Assembly (NCBI GenBank): GCA_900546695.1
Contig: URDX01000007.1
Span: forward strand, 331 to 64,330
DNA: 64,000 nt
Direction: 5' to 3'
Source of the DNA: an uncultured Eubacteriales bacterium
Lineage (GTDB): Bacteria > Bacillota > Clostridia > Oscillospirales > CAG-272
Below, piece after piece: positions 45,144 through 55,619 of the stretch. Both the position numbers and the translations under genes were made by a program. Each line of letters begins with the position of its first letter. Within the stretch, counting starts at the first letter, position 1. The notes under the pieces were generated by a model. The model was not told where the DNA came from. It saw only the letters and a list, made by a program, of their open reading frames with translations, and did not search any database.

Positions 45144-46979
45144 TCACTCCCCCGCAGTGCCGCCTTGCTCTGCTGCGGGCTCCGACGGCAGGTCGCGATA
45201 AAACTTTGCCTGCTTATCGAACATCTCGGTATAGATACCGCCCTTTGCATACAGCTCGGCGTGCGTTCCGTATTCGGCTACGTGCCCGTCGTCGAACACC
45301 GCGACCCTATCCGCGAGCTGAACGGCGGAGAGACGGTGCGTTATCATGACCGCCGTTCTTCCGCGTATCATATTGTGGAACTGCGTATAGATTTCGTATT
45401 CCGCCAGCGGGTCAAGCGCGGCGGTAGGCTCATCGAGCAGATAGATACTGCCGCCGCGATAGCAGGCGCGGGCGATGGCGATACGCTGCTCCTCTCCGCC
45501 CGACGGAGTTATTCCGTCCTCGTCGAGCCATTTGCTGATATACGTGTCGTAACGGCGCGGGAGCTTCTCTATCAGCGAATAGATACCGCAGCTTTTGCAG
45601 ACGTCATCAAGCTTTTCGGCATCGTAATCGTTCGTGAGAACGATATTCTCCCCGAGCGTCAGACCGTCAAACAGCTGATAGTCCTGAAAGACCGCCGCAA
45701 ACATTTTTATGTACTGCTCGGGCTCATAATCGTCAAGGCTCCTGCCGTTCAGAAGTATCTCGCCCTCGGTCGGCGAGAACATGCGGCACAGCAGCTTTAT
45801 GAACGTCGATTTTCCCGCACCGTTTTCGCCTACGATGCACAGCGTCTCGCCGCTTCTGATTTTCAGGTTGAAATTCTTCAAGATATCCCTGTCGCTGCCG
45901 GGGTATCTGAACGAAACATTCCTGAATTCTATCACGGCATCCGCACCGAAGGTCGGTATCGAATCCCCGCAGCGCGACCGCGTCAGCGGCAGCTCCATGT
46001 ACTCTATCATTTCATTGACATGCGGAACGTTATTATTCAGCCCGAGATATGAGCCGAACACGCCGCCCACCGCGGACGAAAACTGTCCCGCGGCGCTCAG
46101 GTATATCGACATGGTACCGATAGGGAGACCGACCGCAAGGACCTTATAGATGAGGTACGCATATATGATAAGCTGCTGCGCACAGCCGAGAAGCGACTGC
46201 TTCACGCCCGCCTTGCTCTGCAGCTTATTCTTGCTCAGCTCGTTATTGAAATAGTCCCTTTCCGCCGAGGTTTTCTTGTCAATCATGTACGGCGTCAGCC
46301 CGAAAATGCGCATCTCCTTAGCCCACAGATACTGCGCGAGCGGATTATGGCTGACGAGCAGGAAGCGCGACAGCCTGTCGCCCTCCTTGTTCAGCTTAAA
46401 GATGTCCGCATTCAGATGCTTTGCGATTATCGAATTGATGTACATTATCAGGACAATGACCGCGATAACGATCGGAGACAGCGTGCTGATTATGGAAAAG
46501 AGCGCGATAACGCTGACGACCGACGACAGCAAGCCGAACAGCTGTGATATGATGTTCGCCGAATTCTGAATTGTATCCTTTGCCCGTCCGCCCATCATTC
46601 CGATATCGGGCGACTCGCGGTATTCAAAATCCACCTGCGACAGATGAATGTAGAAATCGGTTTCGAGCGAATCCTTCAGCTCAAACGACAGCCGCATTAT
46701 CCGCCTGTTCATCGCTATGCCAAGCAGTTGGTATATGACCGGGACAAACAGCATCACGGCAAGCAGTGCGCCGATGACCTGCAGCCTCCGCCCGCCCGTC
46801 AGCTCGTTAATTATCATGCCGGGCAAAACGGATAGACCGATAGGCACCAGCGCATTGAGGCACGAGAACACCCCGCTGTGCGCTATCAGCCGCTTTCCCT
46901 GCTTCTTTCCGCAGACCATCCTAAGCAGACAGCGTGTGCTTTTCACGGTCTGCTTAAAATTATACTTCGGTTTCTCCAT
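45144..46979 (-). CDS. ABC exporter, fused permease/ATPase (611 aa)
   Basis: TMD plus an NBD with GENGAGKST, PSGGEEQR and IYLLDEPTAALD. Confidence 0.9.
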   Translation of the reverse strand: MEKPKYNFKQTVKSTRCLLRMVCGKKQGKRLIAHSGVFSCLNALVPIGLSVLPGMIINELTGGRRLQVIGALLAVMLFVPVIYQLLGIAMNRRIMRLSFELKDSLETDFYIHLSQVDFEYRESPDIGMMGGRAKDTIQNSANIISQLFGLLSSVVSVIALFSIISTLSPIVIAVIVLIMYINSIIAKHLNADIFKLNKEGDRLSRFLLVSHNPLAQYLWAKEMRIFGLTPYMIDKKTSAERDYFNNELSKNKLQSKAGVKQSLLGCAQQLIIYAYLIYKVLAVGLPIGTMSIYLSAAGQFSSAVGGVFGSYLGLNNNVPHVNEMIEYMELPLTRSRCGDSIPTFGADAVIEFRNVSFRYPGSDRDILKNFNLKIRSGETLCIVGENGAGKSTFIKLLCRMFSPTEGEILLNGRSLDDYEPEQYIKMFAAVFQDYQLFDGLTLGENIVLTNDYDAEKLDDVCKSCGIYSLIEKLPRRYDTYISKWLDEDGITPSGGEEQRIAIARACYRGGSIYLLDEPTAALDPLAEYEIYTQFHNMIRGRTAVMITHRLSAVQLADRVAVFDDGHVAEYGTHAELYAKGGIYTEMFDKQAKFYRDLPSEPAAEQGGTAGE

Positions 46980-47072
46980 CCCCTGCTCCTTTCAACCCGA
47001 TAATAACGCGCCCGCATATAGGGGCATCGAAATCGTCTCCTTCACGCCGCATGCGGAGCACTGCGTTCCTGT

Positions 47073-48923
47073 CTACTTCCCTGCCTCACCGTCGCTCTCT
47101 GCTGCGGGCTCCGACGGCAGGTCGCGATAAAACTTTGCCTGCCTATCAAACATCTCGGTATAAATACCGCCCTTTGCATACAGCTCGGCGTGCGTTCCGT
47201 ATTCGGCTACGTGCCCGTCGTCGAACACCGCGACCTTATCCGCGAGCTGAACCGCGGACATTCTATGCGTAATGAGAACCGCCGTACGGTCTGTGATGAT
47301 ATGCGTAAAACTGTTGTATATCTCATACTCCGCCGCGGGATCAAGCGCTGCGGTAGGCTCATCGAGCAGGTAGATCGGGCGGTCATGATACAGCGCGCGG
47401 GCGATCGCTATCTTCTGCCCCTCGCCGCCCGACGGTTCAAAACCGTCCTCGTACACCTGCTTGCCGACATATGTATCCGGTCCGTTTTTCAGCTTGGGTA
47501 TAAGCGAAGCCAGCTCGCTTTTCTCCACAGCCGACATCACCCTGTCAACGTCGGGCTCGTTCTCGAGCGCAATGTTGTCGATAAGGGACATCCGATATTT
47601 TGAATAGTCCTGAAAAACGGGCGCAAACAGCTTCATGTAATCAAAACGGTCAAAATTTCTGATATTAACACCGTCAAGCAGTATCTCGCCCTCGGTCGGA
47701 AAATACAGCATCGTAAGCAGCTTGATAAACGTGCTTTTGCCCGAGCCGTTTTTGCCGACGATGCAGAGCTTTTGTCCGAGCGGTATCTTCAGATTCAGAT
47801 CCCGTATCGCATAGACATCGCTCCCGGGATACCTGAATGAAACACCTGCGAATTCAATGGCCGAATCAGGTCGGAGTTCAGGCTTCTGCGCTCCGCTGTT
47901 ATCCTTCATATTCGGCATTTTCATAAAGGCTTTTATCTCTTTGATATTCAGGCAATAATCGGCTATCGCGAGATATGAGGAGGTAATTGCATTGAGCGAC
48001 CCCGCAAGCTGATTGCCCGCCGACATAAATATCGTCATTGAGCCTATCGTCAGGGCGCCGCCTATTACACGGACAACGGAGAATGCGTACAGAAACAGCT
48101 GTTGAAGCACGCCCGTAATGACCGTGATGCTGCGCAGCCGTTTTATGTAGACATTATTCTCGTGCAGACAATCATCAAGCTCGGTCACTATCGCGGAATA
48201 TCTGCCGATAAAATAATCCTTAAGCCCGAACAGCCGCAGCTCCTTGCTGTTTTGAGGATTCGACAGATTGTCAAATTCACTCCACAGAAATCGGTTTTTA
48301 TCGTCATGTGCCCGATTTCTGTCATGAACTATTACCCCTATTTTCTTGTTAGCGACGGCATTGATTATCACGATAAGAACCAGCAAAATCACTACAAACG
48401 GGCTCAATATCGCTATAACGGAAATTACGGAGACTACCCCTATCACGGCTCTCAGCATTCCGAGCAGATAGTTCACCATATCAATGGGTGCATTCGGAGC
48501 GTAGTTGAGTATTCGGCTGAGCTGCACCGCTATCTCCGGGCTCTCATACGAGGAGTACTCCATATCCGAGACATATTCATGCAGCCTTATCTCAAACAGC
48601 CGCTTCAAGCGCCCGCTTATCCTGTCGGTATACGACCCTATCGTCATATCCTTTAAATGATTGAGCAGCGGAGAAAAACACAGTATCGACACGTATACCG
48701 TCAAAACCGATACCCTCCGCTCGCCCGACAGCTCGTTGATAATCAAGCCGGGCATAATCATAAAGATTATCGGAAACAACGATTCAAACACCGCCGCAAA
48801 TATACGCAAAATAATATATCTGCCCCCGTATTTTGCATGCCTGAACTGCCTGAGCACATAGGCTACATCGCCTATGTTATCGCTGAATCCTGAAAAAATT
48901 TTCTTCATATCGGTAAACCTCAA
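47073..48923 (-). CDS. ABC exporter, fused permease/ATPase (616 aa)
   Basis: TMD plus an NBD with GKNGSGKST, PSGGEGQK and IYLLDEPTAALD. Confidence 0.9.
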   Translation of the reverse strand: MRFTDMKKIFSGFSDNIGDVAYVLRQFRHAKYGGRYIILRIFAAVFESLFPIIFMIMPGLIINELSGERRVSVLTVYVSILCFSPLLNHLKDMTIGSYTDRISGRLKRLFEIRLHEYVSDMEYSSYESPEIAVQLSRILNYAPNAPIDMVNYLLGMLRAVIGVVSVISVIAILSPFVVILLVLIVIINAVANKKIGVIVHDRNRAHDDKNRFLWSEFDNLSNPQNSKELRLFGLKDYFIGRYSAIVTELDDCLHENNVYIKRLRSITVITGVLQQLFLYAFSVVRVIGGALTIGSMTIFMSAGNQLAGSLNAITSSYLAIADYCLNIKEIKAFMKMPNMKDNSGAQKPELRPDSAIEFAGVSFRYPGSDVYAIRDLNLKIPLGQKLCIVGKNGSGKSTFIKLLTMLYFPTEGEILLDGVNIRNFDRFDYMKLFAPVFQDYSKYRMSLIDNIALENEPDVDRVMSAVEKSELASLIPKLKNGPDTYVGKQVYEDGFEPSGGEGQKIAIARALYHDRPIYLLDEPTAALDPAAEYEIYNSFTHIITDRTAVLITHRMSAVQLADKVAVFDDGHVAEYGTHAELYAKGGIYTEMFDRQAKFYRDLPSEPAAESDGEAGK

Positions 48924-48967
48924 AAATGCCGATCAAACTGCTTTGATATTCTCCGCCGTTCCCGCCG

Positions 48968-50791
48968 TCAGACCTCCCCGCACGGTTCGGGCGGAACATC
49001 GCGGTAGAACTGCGCCTGCCTATCGAACATCTCGGTATAAATACCGCCCTTTGCATAGAGCTCGGCGTGCGTTCCGTATTCGGCTACGTGCCCGTCGTCG
49101 AACACCGCGACCATATCGGCAAGCTGAACCGCGGAGAGACGGTGCGTTATCAGCACGGCGCACTTATCGGTTATCATATTATTAAACTGCGTATAAATTT
49201 CATATTCGGCATTGGGGTCAAGCGCCGCCGTCGGTTCATCAAGGATATAGACGCTGCCGCCGCGATAGAGTGCGCGCGCCATGGCAATGCGCTGCCCCTC
49301 GCCGCCCGACGGCTCTATCCCCTCCTCGTCAAACCACTTATAGATAACGGTATCGTAGCCGTTCTTATTATGCTCCGCCATCTCGGACAAGCCGCTCTGA
49401 CGCGCCGCCGACCGCAGCCGTTCTTCGTCGTAGCTCTCCGCCATCACGATATTTTCGCCAAGCGTGATATTATACAGCGCAAAATCCTGAAACACGGGCG
49501 CAAAAAGCCTGCGATACTCCCGATATTCGTACTCGTTTATATTGATGCCGTTCAGCAGTATCTCGCCCTCCGTCGGGACGTACAGCCTCGTCAGCAGCTT
49601 TACAAAGGTCGATTTTCCCGAGCCGTTTGCGCCCACGATGCACAGCTTTTCGTCGCCGCGGATTGTAAGGCTCAGCCCCTTGATAACGAATCTGTCGCTG
49701 CCGGGATATCTGAACGATACGTTTTTGAATTCGATAACCGAATCCGTCCCGAAGGTAGGCGTGAGGCTTCCTCTGACGTGATTGCTCAGCGGTATCTCCA
49801 TGAATTTTATAAGCTCCTGCACGCTGAGACTCAGCATAGACAGGTTGAGATACTGCTGTGTGATGTTAGACAGCGAGCCCGAGAACTGCATTATCAGTCC
49901 CATATATATCGTCATACTGCCGACCGACAGCGCGCCCGCAATGACCTTGAAAACGAAATAGAGATTCAGCAGCGCGGTCTGCGCAAAGGATATCAGCGCA
50001 CCGAAAAAGCTGCTGTTGCGGATATAAATGCTGCTTTTCTCGCCGTACTTATTTGCTTCGAGCCGCTTTCCGACGTACAGGTTGATGAAAAAATCCTTCA
50101 GACCGTATATGCGCATCTCCTTTGCATACTTCATATCGGAAAAATAGCTCATCACCGGCCATCCGTAGCGGTTGTAGCGCTGTATATTGCGGTTCATCTC
50201 AAAGGTCTTTCGGTTCAGCCGTTTGCCGTTTATATAATTGAGCACGACGGCTGCCGCGACGGGGATCAGTATCCACGGATTCAGCACCGTTATCGTCGAG
50301 ATGCACATGATAAGACTGACAAGCGCCGTGACAAGACCGCTCAGACCCTCAAACACATCAAGACTCCTGAAGGTCGTATCCGACGCGCGCTCCTTGAGCA
50401 TTCCTATCTCGGGGTTCTCCATCGTCTCGTAATCCATGTCCGCGCAATGACCGATAAAATCCGCGTTGACCTGCACCATGAACCTGTATCGCAGACTGTT
50501 TAAATACACATTCAGCGACGACGTGACCGCGCTCTGCAGCAGCGGTATCCCCGCTGTCGCGGCGATATACCACAAAAGAACATCGACCCGCTGCGCGCCT
50601 GTCAGCTCGTTTATGATAAGTCCGGGCAGAAGCACGAGCCCGAGCGGAAGTACGGCGCCGAGCACCGACAAAAAGCTCTTCATCAGTATGTAGCCCTTGC
50701 CGCTGCGCGAGCGCCATACGTATCCGAGCATGTATTTTGAGGTCGAAAACGTTGTTCTGAGATTCTGCTTTAATCTGTCGCTTTCCTTCAT
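48968..50791 (-). CDS. ABC exporter, fused permease/ATPase (607 aa)
   Basis: Start trimmed to the ATG at 50791 (MKESDRLKQNLRTTF), with SD aaagga 8 nt upstream. This removes the overlap with the next gene. The NBD has GANGSGKST, PSGGEGQR and VYILDEPTAALD. Confidence 0.85.
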   Translation of the reverse strand: MKESDRLKQNLRTTFSTSKYMLGYVWRSRSGKGYILMKSFLSVLGAVLPLGLVLLPGLIINELTGAQRVDVLLWYIAATAGIPLLQSAVTSSLNVYLNSLRYRFMVQVNADFIGHCADMDYETMENPEIGMLKERASDTTFRSLDVFEGLSGLVTALVSLIMCISTITVLNPWILIPVAAAVVLNYINGKRLNRKTFEMNRNIQRYNRYGWPVMSYFSDMKYAKEMRIYGLKDFFINLYVGKRLEANKYGEKSSIYIRNSSFFGALISFAQTALLNLYFVFKVIAGALSVGSMTIYMGLIMQFSGSLSNITQQYLNLSMLSLSVQELIKFMEIPLSNHVRGSLTPTFGTDSVIEFKNVSFRYPGSDRFVIKGLSLTIRGDEKLCIVGANGSGKSTFVKLLTRLYVPTEGEILLNGININEYEYREYRRLFAPVFQDFALYNITLGENIVMAESYDEERLRSAARQSGLSEMAEHNKNGYDTVIYKWFDEEGIEPSGGEGQRIAMARALYRGGSVYILDEPTAALDPNAEYEIYTQFNNMITDKCAVLITHRLSAVQLADMVAVFDDGHVAEYGTHAELYAKGGIYTEMFDRQAQFYRDVPPEPCGEV

Positions 50792-50885
50792 AACAGACAT
50801 CCTTTTCGGCGAATATTTCGCGGTGAACGCGATGTGTCCGCGATGCGGGAAATGCCGTGATATTTGCGGGATGCGGGGTACCGAA

Positions 50886-52160
50886 TTATCCTTCGAGCGA
50901 TGCGCGGTATTCGGTATGTATGCGGTCGACGCATTCGAGCAGACTGTCGAGATATTCGACCTGCGCGGCGGTCGCGCTGTCGTACTCCGAAAATATCGCA
51001 ACGGTGTACGGATGCTCGTCGTATACTATCCCGATATCGTGATATGCGCCGTAGTCCCATCCGTATTTGTGAGCCGCCTTGCGGTCGCCCGCGACACGCG
51101 CGATGAGCTTCGGCTGATCGCTGTCGATAAGCGCATCCTTCATCAGAGCGGAATACTTATGCCCGCCCTCCGTGTACTTATATATCTGCTCCATCACGCG
51201 GCAGCCGTCGCGCGCACTCATGCGGCTCGCGCTCGACTTCATCGACTCCCAGCCCTGCTTATCTATCATGCGGTGCAGCGAGCCGTAGCCGTATTCGCGC
51301 ATCAGCGTGTTGAAGGCGACATTGTCGCTGTAAGAGAGCACATACCTGACAAGCTCCTCATAGGTGTAGATGCTGCCGTCGGGGCTGTCGGCGATGCGCC
51401 CCGTGCCCTCGCGGTAATGCTCCTCATGGTTGTATTCGAGCGTTTTTCCCGCAAGGTCATAGCGGTCTCCGCCGCCCTCCGCATCGAGCAGCACCGAAAG
51501 TATAAACGGCGCTTTTATCACGCTCGCCGAGTCGAAAACGGTATCCCCGCCGCACGAAACGGTATAGCCCGTCTCAAGGTCGAGATAGCATATGCCTATG
51601 CGCGGGCGAAAGCTGCTGCCGTCGTCGGCGTTTATGAGAAACGGGCGCTCCTCCATCAGGCTGCCGAGCTCCGAAAACAGCTCCGCCTGCCGCCGCAGCT
51701 CGGGCGTAAAGCTCTGCGAGAGCAGATCGACCGTCGACTGCAGCTCCTCTATGCGAACATCCTTTTCCTTTATGCGTTCGAGCAGCAGCTGCTCATCCTT
51801 TGTCAGCTGAATGCCGTCAAGCTCGGCACGGAGAGCATCGCGCTCGGATTCGAGCTCGCTCTCGCGCTGCCTCGCGGATTCATCCTCGGTCGTTTCGGGA
51901 ACCTCCGTCTGCTGCGGCTTGTCGCGGCGCAGTGCAAGCACAAGCAGCGCACCGAGCAGCAGCGTCAGCGCGCCGAGCACCGACACAACGGCTATCATCG
52001 CGCCGCGGCTGACGGTGCGTTTGCCGTCTCTGCCGCCGCGGGCTGCGTGCGCATCGCTGCGGGAGCTGTCGTCCGGATTAGCGCCGCTGCGCGAAATATC
52101 CGCGCGGTCTGCCGCCCCGCCGTCGTTTTTATATTGCCGCCTTGTTTCCGTATCCTTCAT
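50886..52160 (-). CDS. membrane-anchored serine hydrolase, class A beta-lactamase-like fold
   Basis: The order is a basic/disordered N-terminus, a TM helix (MIAVVSVLGALTLLLGALLVLAL), a coiled-coil region, then the motifs SVIK (SxxK), YSDN (SDN) and HKYG (KxG). Confidence 0.7.
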   Translation of the reverse strand: MKDTETRRQYKNDGGAADRADISRSGANPDDSSRSDAHAARGGRDGKRTVSRGAMIAVVSVLGALTLLLGALLVLALRRDKPQQTEVPETTEDESARQRESELESERDALRAELDGIQLTKDEQLLLERIKEKDVRIEELQSTVDLLSQSFTPELRRQAELFSELGSLMEERPFLINADDGSSFRPRIGICYLDLETGYTVSCGGDTVFDSASVIKAPFILSVLLDAEGGGDRYDLAGKTLEYNHEEHYREGTGRIADSPDGSIYTYEELVRYVLSYSDNVAFNTLMREYGYGSLHRMIDKQGWESMKSSASRMSARDGCRVMEQIYKYTEGGHKYSALMKDALIDSDQPKLIARVAGDRKAAHKYGWDYGAYHDIGIVYDEHPYTVAIFSEYDSATAAQVEYLDSLLECVDRIHTEYRASLEG

Positions 52161-52233
52161 AGCCTCACCGTAAAAGCCGCGCGAGCTTTTCCCCGTGCGG
52201 CTGTGTTGTCAATTGTTAAAACGTTTATGATAG

Positions 52234-52548
52234 TCACTTTTTAAGATCGTTATAATAGATAACCTCGTCTGGCATGTGATACCCGAGACTCTTGCGCGCT
52301 ATCTGCTTGACGTATTCGTCGTCAAAATCATGGTCTATGAGCTCGTTCAGCTCCTCGATGTCGTACTCGCGCTCCTCTATCTGAGCCTGCAGCTCATCCT
52401 GCTGCTTGCAGAGCTCGTTATACTCGTACTGCTGTCCGATAATGGATGCCACACAGAAGCCGACAAAAACGACTATCGCCGCCTTGATGAAGACATTCAT
52501 CCGCTTTTCGGGCATTATGTATCTGTTTCTGCCTGCCATGCACATCAC
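52234..52548 (-). CDS. divIC: septum formation initiator family protein (DivIC/FtsB-like)
   Basis: 104 aa with one TM helix followed by a coiled coil (ELCKQQDELQAQIEEREYDIEELNELI). It sits downstream of yabP-yabQ, as in Bacillus. Confidence 0.8.
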   Translation of the reverse strand: MMCMAGRNRYIMPEKRMNVFIKAAIVVFVGFCVASIIGQQYEYNELCKQQDELQAQIEEREYDIEELNELIDHDFDDEYVKQIARKSLGYHMPDEVIYYNDLKK

Positions 52549-52803
52549 CTCTTTCCGCTATTGTATCACATTTTGCCGCATAAATCTACCGCAAACCGAT
52601 ATTTTTTTGAAAAATGCGCCGCATTCGCCGCGCAGCACGGCAAAAAACATCATCCGCCGCGCGGTACGACACGTAAATTAAGTCGTTCTCTCATCGCACG
52701 GCACGCGGTTCAAGCTGCTCACACCGCCGCGCGGCGCAGCAATACATGCTCATCGCCCCGCATTCAATCCAAGCTGCCGCACCGCCGCGCACGGCACGCG
52801 GGC

Positions 52804-52846
52804 AAAATAAAACACAGTCCCGACAAGACTCTGCGTCTGTCGGGGC
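52804..52846 (-). terminator. terminator downstream of yabQ
   Basis: cccgaca (52819-52825) pairs with tgtcggg (52838-52844). A T-rich run follows on the minus strand. Confidence 0.55.
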
Positions 52847-53032
52847 TGTAAAAAAGATTATATTCGGCAAGCGGAGGATATCGGTGCTTTGCTGCGCAAA
52901 AGCGCATTTTCCCCGTGTAACAAGCGATGCGGCGCGAAAACGCGTTTTCTGTACAGCAAGCACTGCGGTACAGCGAACAACACAGCGGGCAGTGCGGCGC
53001 AGCGGGCAGAGCAGTATACCCCATCGACGCGA

Positions 53033-53656
53033 CTATATACCGGCTGAATGCGTCCGCCTGCGAGGCGACTCCGCATCATCCGTTCGACCGAGATACTGCA
53101 CGGCACCGAGCGCCGAGCGTGCAGCCCGCATCGCGGCTCTGCGTTCACGGCGCGAATCCAGACGGCAGAGCGCTGCCGACGGCGGATACGCAAGTAGATG
53201 CAGCAGCAGTCGCAGCAGACGGAGCAGCGGCAGCAGCGTCAGGCGCGCCGCAGCGCGCACAAGCCGACCGACCGTGCGGATGACACGCGGCATTATGCAC
53301 GCGGTAAGTCTGCCGAGCGTTCTGCGATAAAGCAGAAATCCCAGCCCCGTGCCGAGCAGAATAAACCATCGGATATGCCCCGAGAGCAGGTTAAACACCG
53401 TCACGCTCAGCGCCGCAGAGGCAATGAGTGAAAACAGCACATCCGAGATAAACAAAAGCGCCGCAGACAGGCGGCGCCCCCATGTCGGCAGCACCTTGCC
53501 CCGACGGGAAAAGCAGCAGCGCAGGGTCATTCCCGCCGCAATGCGCGCCGCGCGGAACACGTCGTAGACCGCGCCGAGCGATGCGCCGACCGCAGCGCCG
53601 TACAGCGCGCTCGATGCGAGGCAGATCTGCGAGACATGCTCCATCTGAACTGTCAT
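53033..53656 (-). CDS. yabQ: spore cortex biosynthesis protein YabQ-like membrane protein
   Basis: 207-aa membrane protein with a 4-nt overlap onto yabP. The call rests mainly on synteny (yabP-yabQ-divIC). Confidence 0.65.
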   Translation of the reverse strand: MTVQMEHVSQICLASSALYGAAVGASLGAVYDVFRAARIAAGMTLRCCFSRRGKVLPTWGRRLSAALLFISDVLFSLIASAALSVTVFNLLSGHIRWFILLGTGLGFLLYRRTLGRLTACIMPRVIRTVGRLVRAAARLTLLPLLRLLRLLLHLLAYPPSAALCRLDSRRERRAAMRAARSALGAVQYLGRTDDAESPRRRTHSAGI

Positions 53657-54021
53657 TGCCGCCTCCTGCGCAGGAAACGGAAAAAGCCGCCTTCATCCTC
53701 TCCGCCGTCCTCGGAAATATATGCAAGCGCGTCCACACGCCCGACTATCTCGATAACACCGTCGCCGAGCTCGCCCGCCCCTGTGCTGCCGTCATAGACG
53801 AGCTTTATCCGCCCGTCTGCAGGCGCGTTGGGCGGAGATGAAAAGGACACTATCCGCAGACCCTCTCCCTCGATGCTCAGCACGCCCATGTCGGTGATCA
53901 GCACTATCCCGTTCTCGTCAAACGACTGCACATCGCGCGCACCGCACACCGTCATCCTTCCCCTGCCGACAAGCGAGATAGAATGTCTCCCCGCTCTGTC
54001 CTTCTCCGCTCTTGCTTCCAT
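53653..54021 (-). CDS. yabP: sporulation protein YabP
   Basis: Start trimmed to the ATG at 54021, with GGAGG 8 nt upstream. The sequence contains HSISLVGRGRMTVCGARDVQSFDENGIVLITDMGVLSIEGEGLRI. Confidence 0.8.
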   Translation of the reverse strand: MEARAEKDRAGRHSISLVGRGRMTVCGARDVQSFDENGIVLITDMGVLSIEGEGLRIVSFSSPPNAPADGRIKLVYDGSTGAGELGDGVIEIVGRVDALAYISEDGGEDEGGFFRFLRRRRQ

Positions 54022-54524
54022 ACCGAAAACCTCCAAAAAATATGAGAATCGGGGAGACCGAAAAGCGCCGACGTGACGATTTTCGACGCTTCCGCATCTT
54101 TTTATCTCTCCCCGTTACCGCATGGAATTTTTCCTGCGGATACCTCTCCGAGCATTTTTATCTATTCTCGCAGGGATACCGATAAAGTCCGCACTTTTCG
54201 GGTATCCTTTCTCCCGAGTATATTATATGCGACGGCAGCGCGCAATATTACCACACCCGTCGGCAAAGCGCGGTTTTGCAAATGCTCGTCTTTTCGGAAG
54301 CGTATTTATACAATAAAATATTTATGCAGGAATTCCGCCCGCGCGAATCAAATTTAAAATTTGCACACAACATTCAAATCCTTGTGCGTGAATTTTATAT
54401 TGAAAGTCTTACGTTTTTACGAAAGGTCAAGCCGCACAATTCAGAGCGACACAAGCCAAAAATCCGTCCATGCTCCGCAAAAAAAGCGATGCATGGGCGG
54501 CTGTGTTTTACGCGCGTCTGCGGT

Positions 54525-54779
54525 TTACTTTGAATTCTGCTCCACTACCTCATACATGGTCGAGGCATCCGCTTTGAGCGCATGCTCCAGCACGTTTGTC
54601 ACCCTGACGGTGAGCTCGCGCTGACCGAATGAAACGGTAATGACATCCCCGACCTTGACATCGTAGGATGCCTTGACGGGTCTGCCGTTGACGGTGATGC
54701 GCGATGCGTCGCACGCCTCGTTTGCCACCGTTCTGCGTTTGATTATACGCGAAACCTTTAAAAATTTATCAATTCTCAT
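54525..54779 (-). CDS. yabO: S4-domain RNA-binding protein (YabO/Hsp15-like)
   Basis: MRIDKFLKVSRIIKRRTVANEACDASRITVNGRPVKASYDVKVGDVI. Confidence 0.85.
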   Translation of the reverse strand: MRIDKFLKVSRIIKRRTVANEACDASRITVNGRPVKASYDVKVGDVITVSFGQRELTVRVTNVLEHALKADASTMYEVVEQNSK

Positions 54780-54918
54780 CTTTGTTCTCCTGTCTCCTTA
54801 AGGAATCCATGGGAATCTCGCCGCCGCACGGCATGTCCGACGGGTAAAATCGCAGTAATTCGTCGGTCACTGCACAGAGCGCTCCCGGACTGACGCAACA
54901 CCGCAACGGCAGCTCCGC

Positions 54919-55608
54919 TCACTGCTCTGCCTTCTGCTCAGCCGCGCGAACACGCTCTGTCATGCGGTCGCACTCGTCGTACAGTTCATGCTCGGCATCT
55001 GTACCGCTCTCGCGTGCTTCGAGCACGAGCCGCATAAGACGTGCGCCGAGCGAATCATCCCCTGCGTCGGGCAGTGCGGCATCGAGATAGCCCGCCTTTT
55101 TTGCCCTTCCGAGCAGCTTTTCCGCACGCATAAGCGCGGGGAGCGAGCGGGCGACGCTCTCGAGCGCCTCGGTCGCGGTGGTCTGGCTCTTGGAGCGCTG
55201 CTTGATGGCGTCCCAGTTATCGAGCACCTGCGCGGTGCCGCTGACCGTCGTATCGCCGAAAACGTGCGGATGGCGCAGTATCAGCTTACGGCAGATACCG
55301 TCGTACACGTCGTCGAGCGAAAAGCCGCCGTGCTCCTCCTCCATCCGTGCATGGAACATGACCTGCAGCAGCACGTCGCCGAGCTCCTCGCACATCAGCA
55401 CGGGGTCGCGGTTGTCTATCGCCTCTATCACCTCGTAGGTCTCCTCGATGAAGTTCTCGCGAACGCTCTCATGTGTCTGCTCGCGGTCCCACGGGCAGCC
55501 TTCGGGCGAGCGGAGCAGCGCGGTTATCATGCGCAGATCGGAGGCAGTCATGCGCTCGGCGGTGGCATATTTATCGGTCAGGTACTTTTTTTCATCTGTT
55601 ATCGACAT
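54919..55608 (-). CDS. mazG: MazG nucleoside triphosphate pyrophosphohydrolase
   Basis: CPWDREQTHESVRENFIEETYEVIEAI and EELGDVLLQVMFHARM..ILRHPHVF. Confidence 0.9.
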   Translation of the reverse strand: MSITDEKKYLTDKYATAERMTASDLRMITALLRSPEGCPWDREQTHESVRENFIEETYEVIEAIDNRDPVLMCEELGDVLLQVMFHARMEEEHGGFSLDDVYDGICRKLILRHPHVFGDTTVSGTAQVLDNWDAIKQRSKSQTTATEALESVARSLPALMRAEKLLGRAKKAGYLDAALPDAGDDSLGARLMRLVLEARESGTDAEHELYDECDRMTERVRAAEQKAEQ

Positions 55609-55619
55609 TTTAATCTCCG

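Noticed and set aside
50697-52244. 515-aa + ORF, and 62196..63884 (562 aa, +)
   Set aside because: They are antisense shadows of the serine hydrolase gene and relA respectively. Their composition is Arg/Ala/Leu-rich and they have no SD.
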